From assembly GCA_964421015.1 (NCBI GenBank), contig CAYQUS010000001.1, positions 364,726-428,725 of the forward strand: DNA of 64,000 nucleotides. The letters run 5' to 3'. The stretch is from an uncultured Planctomycetia bacterium (GTDB lineage Bacteria; Omnitrophota; Gorgyraeia; Tantalellales; Tantalellaceae). Under the pieces are notes generated by a model that had not been told where the DNA came from, searched no databases, and saw only the letters and a list, made by a program, of their open reading frames with translations. Shown one piece after another: positions 9,051-16,576 of the stretch (position 1 is the first letter of the stretch; each line of letters begins with the position of its first letter). The position numbers and the translations under genes were made by a program.

Positions 9051-9986
9051 CTACTTGCTCTTAACAAACCACTTAACAGTTCTCTCTAACCCTTCGTGAA
9101 AACCCACTGACGGAGTAACCCCCAGCTTTTCCTTAAGCGCCGTTATATCAGCGTATGTTTTAAGAACATCTCCCCTTCTTTTCTCACCATATACGGGTGG
9201 AATATTTTTCCCCATTATCTTAGCTATCGTTTTGGCTGTTTCGTTCACCGAATAACTTTCCCCGCAGGCCACATTAAAGACCATGCCCGCTACACCCTTT
9301 GCGTGACAAGAAGCTATGTTAGCGTCCACAACGTTCTTTACATAAGTAAAATCCCGAGACTGTTCGCCTGTTCCGTCTATTATACACGGCTGGTCTTTCA
9401 TAAGCCTGTCAATAAAAGCCGGGATAACCGCCGAATACTTTGACTCGGGATTCTGTCTGGGGCCGAAAACGTTGAAATATCTTAGACTTACGGTCTCAAG
9501 GCCCATTGTGTAAGTAAACATCCTGGCATAAAGCTCTCCCGCCAGTTTACTGACGGCATAAGGCGAAATGGGATTGGGGCAAAGACCCTCATGTTCCGGG
9601 AAAACCTCACAGTCGCCGTACGCTGAACTGCTCGAAGCATAAACAAATCTTTTTACTTTGTGTTCGGCCGATATAAGCAGCATATTAAGAGTGCCCCAAA
9701 CGTTGACGTCGTTCGTGGGTACGGGCGCTTCAACGCTTTTAGCTACACTTCTTAAGGCCGCCTGGTGTATAACGTAATCCATTCCGGACACGGCCTTTTT
9801 TACGTCTTCTTCCTTACGAACATCCCCCTTAAGAAATTCTATCTTATCCATAAAGGGCTTTAAATGAGCTTCGAACCCGGTAGAGAGGTTGTCCAGTACG
9901 CGGACGGTCTCGCCTTTAGAAACAAGTTCCTCTACAATGTTGGAGCCTATGAAACCGGCTCCGCCTGTTACCAGGTATTTAGACAT
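9051..9986 (-). CDS. UDP-sugar 4-epimerase, WbpP/TviC-like SDR
   Basis: 'KYLVTGGAGFIGSN...YASSSSAYG...SPYAVSK(YxxxK)...LRYFNVFGPRQ'. Start trimmed to ATG 9986 (MSKYL), which has an AGGAG SD 7 nt upstream. Confidence 0.8.
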   Translation of the reverse strand: MSKYLVTGGAGFIGSNIVEELVSKGETVRVLDNLSTGFEAHLKPFMDKIEFLKGDVRKEEDVKKAVSGMDYVIHQAALRSVAKSVEAPVPTNDVNVWGTLNMLLISAEHKVKRFVYASSSSAYGDCEVFPEHEGLCPNPISPYAVSKLAGELYARMFTYTMGLETVSLRYFNVFGPRQNPESKYSAVIPAFIDRLMKDQPCIIDGTGEQSRDFTYVKNVVDANIASCHAKGVAGMVFNVACGESYSVNETAKTIAKIMGKNIPPVYGEKRRGDVLKTYADITALKEKLGVTPSVGFHEGLERTVKWFVKSK

Positions 9987-10292
9987 GTTTTTACTCCTTG
10001 TAGACACGTTAGTGCCAGGCACCATTACAAACACACGTTGGTTCCCCCTCGCTACAGTTCAGCTATGCAGTTTCAGTTTTCTCTGCTCATAAAACTGCAG
10101 CTTCACTGGCTCGGGACAGTTCGACCAGGCACCGTCTCGTTATTGCGTTTTTGCGTTACGCGTTATTGCGTCATAACCTTAACTTGACTATAGATTCTTC
10201 GCTTCGCTCATAATGACGTCTCTCAGCCTGGACCTTAACCTAAACCTCAGCCTTAACCTACCCGTTTCCCCTTTCTACTTTCTACTTTCTAC

Positions 10293-11606
10293 TTACAACT
10301 TAACTATATTCTCTCCCTTTATCCCCAGTTTCCCGGTAATATTACGGGTATCGAATATTTTTTTAGCGTTCCTCGCCACCAGTTTGTAATCCACATCGGA
10401 ATGGTCGGTAAGGACAATTACGAGGTCCTGTTCCTTGATGAGTTCCGGCAGGATCTTCACGCTCCTGGACTTAAGACCGTGTATGTCAAGGTACGGTATA
10501 TAGCTGTCGTTATATATCCAGGCGGATTTCTTTTTATCCAGGATCTTTATAACGTCCAGAGCCGGTGACTCGCGAAGATCGTTTATGTCCTTTTTGTACG
10601 CCACACCCAGAACAAGTATTTTGGCGCCCTTAAGTTTTTTGCCGGCCGCCTTGAGGAGTTCCTCCACCCTGTCTGCCACGTGCCTGGGGGCGTTGATATT
10701 GACCCTGGCGGCAAGATCTATCATCTTTGTCTCAAACCCTACTTTACGGGCTTTCCAGGAAAGATACATCGGATCCGCCGGTATGCAGTGTCCTCCAACT
10801 CCCGGACCGGGATAGAAAGGCATGAAACCGAAAGGTTTAGTTTTAGCCGCCTCAACGACCTCCCACACGTCTATACCAAGCTTATGACAGAGATGGGCAA
10901 ACTCGTTTATAAGGCCGATATTGACTATCCGGAAAGAGTTTTCCAGAAGTTTCGTGACCTCGGCGGTCTCAGGAGATGTCAGCCCTATGACCTTAGCTGT
11001 AACCTGCTCATAAAGCAGCTTAGCCAGTTCCGTGCACCTGTCTGTTATCCCGCCGACCAGTTTGGGTATGTTTGAAAAGTCGTATTTGGGGTTTCCCGGA
11101 TCTATCCTTTCCGGGGAGAACGCGAGAAAGAAATCCTCTCCCGCCAGGAAAGTCTTTCCGGAAATCGTGGGAAGAAGAATGTCCCTCGTAGTTCCCGGGT
11201 AGGTTGTGCTTTCAAGTACCACAAGCTGGCCTTTTCTGAAATTCTCTTTTACCGTTTTAGCCGCTGAAAGTATATATGAGATATCCGGTTTAAGGGCCTT
11301 GTTTATCGGTGTGGGCACGCAAATTATAATGACGTCACATTTGGAAAGAGCTTTATTGTTGGCCGTAACAGAGAACTTACCGGTTGAAGAGGCTTCGGCT
11401 ATATCCTCGTCTTTCATGTCTCCTATGTAGGATTCCCCTTTCTTAAGGCGGGCTATCCTTTTCTTGCTGGAGTCAAGCCCGATGACATTAAAACCTTTCC
11501 GTGAAAATTGTATGGCCATCGGAAGCCCGACATAACCGAGACCTATAACCCCGACAACGGCTGTTTTGTCTAGAATTTTCTTTTCAAGATTTGTGTATGT
11601 ATTCAT
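10293..11606 (-). CDS. UDP-N-acetyl-D-hexosamine / UDP-glucose 6-dehydrogenase family (WbpO/TviB-like)
   Basis: 'VGVIGLGYVGLPMA' Rossmann fold and 'GGHCIPADP' catalytic Cys motif; 437 aa. It pairs with the adjacent WbpP-like epimerase. Confidence 0.85.
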   Translation of the reverse strand: MNTYTNLEKKILDKTAVVGVIGLGYVGLPMAIQFSRKGFNVIGLDSSKKRIARLKKGESYIGDMKDEDIAEASSTGKFSVTANNKALSKCDVIIICVPTPINKALKPDISYILSAAKTVKENFRKGQLVVLESTTYPGTTRDILLPTISGKTFLAGEDFFLAFSPERIDPGNPKYDFSNIPKLVGGITDRCTELAKLLYEQVTAKVIGLTSPETAEVTKLLENSFRIVNIGLINEFAHLCHKLGIDVWEVVEAAKTKPFGFMPFYPGPGVGGHCIPADPMYLSWKARKVGFETKMIDLAARVNINAPRHVADRVEELLKAAGKKLKGAKILVLGVAYKKDINDLRESPALDVIKILDKKKSAWIYNDSYIPYLDIHGLKSRSVKILPELIKEQDLVIVLTDHSDVDYKLVARNAKKIFDTRNITGKLGIKGENIVKL

Positions 11607-11636
11607 GTTTTTATATCCTTCGTCTTAGAACACATG

Positions 11637-11678
11637 GGTGACAGGCGCTCTGAAAAAGTAATGAGTGCGCCGGTCACC
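11637..11678. repeat. REP-like palindrome GGTGACAGGCGC-N18-GCGCCGGTCACC
   Basis: 11 of 12 complementary; between the rmlD start and the wbpO-like stop. Confidence 0.6.
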
Positions 11679-12561
11679 TTGATATATATTCCCGAAGAGC
11701 CTCTTCCCATTTTCTAAGTTCCATTCCGGTATACGCCGTGAACTTACCGGTATCCATAACCGAAAAAGCGGGCCTCGCGGCCGGCCTTCCCAGACTGTCC
11801 GAAGAAACCGGGACTATCGACGTATCAGACATTTGGGGAACAAAACTTTTTATCTTCACCGCGAATTCATACCAGGAACACTGTCCGGAGTTACACACGT
11901 GATATATCTCACGCCCGTTTACGCCTTTCGCGATAAGCTCCTTCAAAGCCAGCGCAAGATCCTTTGTATATGTCGGAGAGCCCACCTGATCGTTAACCAC
12001 CTTTAGACTCTTTTCCGCGGATGATTTTGATATTATCGTATCGACAAAATTTTTCCCGCCAGGCCCGAAAAGCCAGCTTGTACGCACTATGGCAAAATCT
12101 CCGGCCTGTTTTTTGACGGTTTCTTCCCCCAGGACCTTGGTCCTGGCGTACTCTCCTAAAGGTCCGAGCTCATCGGTTTCTTTGTAAGGAAAGTTCTTCC
12201 TGCCGTCAAAAACAAAATCCGTGCTGATAAAGACCAGTTTGGTCCCGATCGCCCCCGAAACCGATGCCACGTTGATCGTGCCTTCAATGTTTATCCTGCG
12301 GGCCCTGTCCTTGTCCAGTTCGCACCCGTCCACGTCTGTCCATGCCGCCGCATGGATGACAACATCGGGCCTTTCTGTTTCTAAAGCCTTCCTGACCCGG
12401 CCGGCGTCCGATATATCGGCTTCGTAAAATTTATCCAAAGATGGATACCTCGTACCGGGCTCTCTTATGTCCATTCCGGACAACTCTGCCCCGCTCTTTG
12501 AAAGAACACCGCAAAGTTCCTGCCCGAGCATGCCGCTTGAGCCAGTTATCAATATTTTCAT
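11674..12561 (-). CDS. rmlD: dTDP-4-dehydrorhamnose reductase
   Basis: 'MKILITGSSGMLGQEL...VIHAAAWTDVD' RmlD family. Confidence 0.85.
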   Translation of the reverse strand: MKILITGSSGMLGQELCGVLSKSGAELSGMDIREPGTRYPSLDKFYEADISDAGRVRKALETERPDVVIHAAAWTDVDGCELDKDRARRINIEGTINVASVSGAIGTKLVFISTDFVFDGRKNFPYKETDELGPLGEYARTKVLGEETVKKQAGDFAIVRTSWLFGPGGKNFVDTIISKSSAEKSLKVVNDQVGSPTYTKDLALALKELIAKGVNGREIYHVCNSGQCSWYEFAVKIKSFVPQMSDTSIVPVSSDSLGRPAARPAFSVMDTGKFTAYTGMELRKWEEALREYISR

Positions 12562-12591
12562 AGACCCGCTATCCCGGGAAACGCGAGATCC

Positions 12592-13569
12592 TCACCACTT
12601 TATGATCTCGGCTTTTTCCCTGAGTTTTCTCCACCAAAGTTCATTACCCTTGTACCAGCGCACCGTCTTGTCTATATCTCCCGAAAAATCCGAAGAGGGT
12701 TTCCACCCCAAATCTTTCATTTTAGAAGAATCAAGAGCGTACCTTCTGTCATGCCCCGGCCTGTCCTTCACATACTCGATAAGATCTTTTCCCTTCCCCA
12801 TCGAGGATAGTATGGCGTTTGTAAGGTCAAGGTTGGAGACGTGGTTGCCGCCGCCTATATTGTATATTTCTCCGCTCTTTCCTTTACGCATTACTATATC
12901 CAGGCCTCTGCAGTTGTCCTCCACAAAAATCCAGTCCCTTACGTTACCGCCGTCCCCGTAAAGCGGGACTTTTTTACCATCGATAAGGTTGGTTATAAAA
13001 AGAGGTATTACCTTCTCGGGGAACTGATACGGTCCGAAATTGTTAGAACTCCTCGTGACTATTACAGGCAGACCGTATGTGGTGAAATACGAAAGGGCCA
13101 GAAGGTCGGCCGCGGCCTTGGTGGCCGAGTAGGGACTATTAGGCTTAAGGGGATCTTCTTCCGATGAAAGCCCCTTGGCCACGCTGCCGTAAACCTCATC
13201 CGTACCTATCTGTATGAATCTGGACACCCCTTTTTTTCGGGCCGCTTCGAGAAGCGTCTTTGTGCCGTAGACATTAGTTACGATAAAGTCGTCGGGGTAT
13301 TTTATAGACCTGTCCACATGGGTTTCCGCCGCGAAATTCACCACAACGTCAGACGCCCCCACGAGAGACTCCACAAGTTCCTTGTCGCATATATCACCTT
13401 TAACGAAAGAATAACGGGCGTCAGACGATATATCGTCGAGACTCTCCGGGTTACCGCAATACGTGAGCTTGTCGAGGTTAGTTATCCTTATATCCTTGTA
13501 CTCCCGGAGCAAAAGCCTTATAAAATTCGACCCTATAAAGCCGCACCCTCCCGTCACCAGAAGCCTCAT
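12592..13569 (-). CDS. rmlB: dTDP-glucose 4,6-dehydratase
   Basis: 'MRLLVTGGCGFIGSNFIRLLL...NFAAETHVDRSI'. Start trimmed to 13569; its ATGA overlaps the rmlA stop. Confidence 0.9.
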   Translation of the reverse strand: MRLLVTGGCGFIGSNFIRLLLREYKDIRITNLDKLTYCGNPESLDDISSDARYSFVKGDICDKELVESLVGASDVVVNFAAETHVDRSIKYPDDFIVTNVYGTKTLLEAARKKGVSRFIQIGTDEVYGSVAKGLSSEEDPLKPNSPYSATKAAADLLALSYFTTYGLPVIVTRSSNNFGPYQFPEKVIPLFITNLIDGKKVPLYGDGGNVRDWIFVEDNCRGLDIVMRKGKSGEIYNIGGGNHVSNLDLTNAILSSMGKGKDLIEYVKDRPGHDRRYALDSSKMKDLGWKPSSDFSGDIDKTVRWYKGNELWWRKLREKAEIIKW

Positions 13570-14312
13570 TCGGCGCCCTCCCCTGAAAACTTTTTCTCTT
13601 CTTTTTCGGCCACCAGATTGGTAGCTCTCCGAAGCGACCTGAAAGTTCCGGCATCGGTCCACCAGCCGTCAAGCATGGAGTATTCCAGCTGGCCTTTTTT
13701 GATATACATATTGTTAACGTCGGTGATCTCAAGCTCTCCCCTGTCAGAGGGATCAAGTCCCTTTATAAAATCAAAAACCTGCGGATCGTACATATACACG
13801 CCGGTAACTATGTAATTCGTAGGCGGATTTTTGGGCTTTTCTATTATCCTTTTTATCTTCTTGCCGTCAAATTCCACGACGCCGAACCTTTCGGGGTTGG
13901 AGGACTCCTTTATCATTATACGAGCGCCTTTTTTCTGCGCGGCGAACTTCTCGACTTCGCTTTTTATGCTTTTTTCAATTATGTTGTCTCCAAGAATAAC
14001 GACACATTTGTCGTTATCGGCAAAGTATTCGGCAAGGCCCAGGGCCTCGGCTATGCCACCCTCTTTTTCCTGATAGGCGTAATTTATCCCTTTGAGGCCG
14101 AATTCCGTTCCGTTACCGAGAAGCCGGAGAAAACTTCCAGCGTGGCTGCCGCCCGTAACTACCATTATCTCGGTTATTCCGGCGTCCACAAGGGTCTGTA
14201 TGGGATAATAGATCATGGGTTTATCGTAAACAGGAAGAAGATGCTTGTTGGTTATCTTTGTCAGGGGGAAAAGCCTGCTGCCAAGACCGCCCGCTAGTAC
14301 TATACCTTTCAT
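13566..14312 (-). CDS. rmlA: Glucose-1-phosphate thymidylyltransferase (short form)
   Basis: 'MKGIVLAGGLGSRLFPLTKITNKHLLPVYDKPMIYYPI'. Confidence 0.9.
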   Translation of the reverse strand: MKGIVLAGGLGSRLFPLTKITNKHLLPVYDKPMIYYPIQTLVDAGITEIMVVTGGSHAGSFLRLLGNGTEFGLKGINYAYQEKEGGIAEALGLAEYFADNDKCVVILGDNIIEKSIKSEVEKFAAQKKGARIMIKESSNPERFGVVEFDGKKIKRIIEKPKNPPTNYIVTGVYMYDPQVFDFIKGLDPSDRGELEITDVNNMYIKKGQLEYSMLDGWWTDAGTFRSLRRATNLVAEKEEKKFSGEGAE

Positions 14313-14374
14313 GAATCCACCTTTTTATTTAGATCCTTCGGTCGCTTCGCTTCCTCAGGATGACGTTCGCCTCG

Positions 14375-14821
14375 TTATTTCTTCCAGTCAAACGGTATAT
14401 CGTTGTCAAAAGCATCTACACGGTACTCGTCAGGATCGTTCTTATCGTAGGGCCGGGTTACCGTATTTATGACCACAGCCTCCTCATCGCTCACACACTT
14501 GAACCCGTGGTACACTTCGGCCGGGATCTGTACGAGAAGAGGGTTCTCGAGGCTGATAGTGTACTCTTCCGTTTTACCGTAAGTCGGGGAAGTTTTCCGG
14601 GCGTCATAAAGACCCAGTCGCATCTTCCCTCTTATGCATGTAAAGTTATCAGTCTGCTTTTTATGATAATGCCATGCTTTCACCACTCCGGGAAAAGCCG
14701 TTGTCATGTAAACCTGCCCGAAAACCTGGAAAATATCATCGTCGTTCCGTAATATTTCCATCAAACGTCCGCGGTCATCCGGTATGAGCCTTAGTTTTTT
14801 CACTTTGACGCCCTCTATCAT
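14375..14821 (-). CDS. rmlC: dTDP-4-dehydrorhamnose 3,5-epimerase-like cupin
   Basis: 148-aa cupin with 'RGLHYH'-type motif (here 'KAWHYHKKQTD'); it lies in an rmlC-A-B-D gene order. Confidence 0.8.
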   Translation of the reverse strand: MIEGVKVKKLRLIPDDRGRLMEILRNDDDIFQVFGQVYMTTAFPGVVKAWHYHKKQTDNFTCIRGKMRLGLYDARKTSPTYGKTEEYTISLENPLLVQIPAEVYHGFKCVSDEEAVVINTVTRPYDKNDPDEYRVDAFDNDIPFDWKK

Positions 14822-14875
14822 TGTTGCTCCTTTCTATACATATTGGTGCCCCCTCACTGCCAGGCACCAAAACCC

Positions 14876-16183
14876 TCAGCTCGACGCCCGGCCTATCCCC
14901 TCATATGTAAAACCCATCTTGGCCATCTTTTTCGGGTCGTATATGTTGCGGCCGTCCAGTACCGCGGGCTCGGCCATCTCTTTCTTTATTCTCGCCCAAT
15001 CAACCTCTTTAAATTCGTTCCATTCCGTCATAACGGCCACGCAATCGGCTCCGGAGGCGGCCTCGTAGACGCTCGAACAGAATTCTATTTTGCCCGAGTC
15101 CGCCAGTTCCCTCTCGGCGTTTACCGCAGCCACGGGATCATAAGCTTTTATTTTAGCTCCCTGGGAAAGCAAACGCCTTATTATGTCGATAGCCGGCGCC
15201 GAACGTATATCGTCGGTATCAGGCTTAAAAGCAAGGCCCCATACGGCAATGACCTTACCGGAGATGTTCCACATCATCTTACGTATCTTTTCGACCACCA
15301 TTTCTTTCTGGCGCTCGTTTATCTTTTCCACCTCTTTAAGAAGCCCGAAATCATACCCCATATTCTCGCAGATATGTATGAAGGCCTTGAGGTCTTTCGG
15401 AAAACACGACCCTCCGAACCCTACGCCGGCCCTCAAAAAGTGGCGATTTATCCTGGAGTCCAGCCCTATGCCCTCGGCTACCTGCTCAACGTCCGCCCCG
15501 GTTTTCTCGCATATATTGCTGAGCGCGTTGATGAACGATATCTTTGTAGCCAGGAACGAGTTAGCCGCGTGTTTTATTATCTCCGCGCCTTTTATGTTAG
15601 TTACCACTATCTTAGTGTTCAGCGGCTCATAAAGCTCTCTCAAAAGTTTCTCGGCTCGCTGTGACTCCACGCCTATCACTACCCTATCCGGGTTCATAAA
15701 GTCTTTTATAGCCGATCCTTCCCTCAGGAATTCAGGATTGGACGCTATCTCGAATTCACTGCCGCTTTTATTGAACTTACTTATCGTGCGTCTCACCCAT
15801 TCCCCTGTTTCCACCGGAACAGTGCTCTTTTCCACTATAAGTTTGTACGAATCAACATGTTCCGCTATATCCTTGGACACCTTCTCTATACCCGTGAGGT
15901 CAGCGCTACCGTCATCTCTGGGAGGGGTACCCACACAAATAAAAACTACCTCTGACCCGGAAACCGCTTTTTTGATGTCGGTTGTAAAGCTTAACCTGCC
16001 GCCTTTAACGTTCTTCTTTATGAGCTCGTCAAGCCCCGGCTCATATATGGGAACGCCCCCTTTTTTGAGAGTATCTATCTTAACGGGGTCGCTGTCGGCG
16101 CATATTACCTGGTTACCCAGATCCGAGAAACAGGTTCCCGTTACAAGACCCACATAACCGCTGCCGACTATAGTTATTTTCAT
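14876..16183 (-). CDS. ugd: UDP-glucose 6-dehydrogenase
   Basis: 'MKITIVGSGYVGLVTG...VFICVGTP'. Start trimmed to 16183; GGAGAAAGG SD upstream. Confidence 0.9.
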   Translation of the reverse strand: MKITIVGSGYVGLVTGTCFSDLGNQVICADSDPVKIDTLKKGGVPIYEPGLDELIKKNVKGGRLSFTTDIKKAVSGSEVVFICVGTPPRDDGSADLTGIEKVSKDIAEHVDSYKLIVEKSTVPVETGEWVRRTISKFNKSGSEFEIASNPEFLREGSAIKDFMNPDRVVIGVESQRAEKLLRELYEPLNTKIVVTNIKGAEIIKHAANSFLATKISFINALSNICEKTGADVEQVAEGIGLDSRINRHFLRAGVGFGGSCFPKDLKAFIHICENMGYDFGLLKEVEKINERQKEMVVEKIRKMMWNISGKVIAVWGLAFKPDTDDIRSAPAIDIIRRLLSQGAKIKAYDPVAAVNAERELADSGKIEFCSSVYEAASGADCVAVMTEWNEFKEVDWARIKKEMAEPAVLDGRNIYDPKKMAKMGFTYEGIGRASS

Positions 16184-16400
16184 AATACGCCTTTCTCCTG
16201 TTAAGGGAGAAGAAAACACATATTCACAGGAGCTTAAAAAATGAATATTCCCTTATAATAATAAAGGTCACATCCCTGTTTAACAAATACTGTAAAACAT
16301 CAAAAAACAGCGCCCCAAAAAGCGAAAAACTAAGTTGAAATTATAGCATACCCCTATAAAGGCCGCAATAAAATATGGGTTAGAAGTTGTAGGGGGAAAC

Positions 16401-16443
16401 CCGCGGGGAGAGTGTATCCGAGCACCACAAACGATCCGCCGCC
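16401..16443. repeat. Conserved 43-bp intergenic element, copy 1 (39/43 identical to copy 2 at 31145-31187)
   Basis: ccgcggggagagtgtatccgagcaccacaaacgatccgccgcc. It lies 134 bp after the lptD-like stop and 218 bp before the ugd start. Confidence 0.7.
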
Positions 16444-16576
16444 CGGAAGGGATAAAAATAAGGACACCCCCTGAAGAATCTACTCCTGAAGTATAAAGAT
16501 AGCAGGCTGATCTTGAGGAGCGCAGGATACGCTCTCCCTTAGGTAATCGGTTAGTTCAAGCCGGCACAACCAGATA

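Noticed and set aside
14843-15664. 273-aa plus-strand ORF, with others like it at 18498-19106, 20243-21079, 21098-21859, 26586-27314, 28442-29371, 12841-13167 and 33052-33657
   Set aside because: All lie antisense to well-supported minus-strand genes (ugd, lptD, the GGDEF pair, dnaJ, dnaK, rmlB, miaA). Their translations are low-complexity with no motifs. They are shadow ORFs.
16401-16443. The 43-bp conserved element as a sigma54 (TGGCAC-N5-TTGC) or sigma70 promoter
   Set aside because: No spacing-correct match to either consensus is found on either strand. The real sigma70 promoter of hrcA is identified separately, 110 bp away.
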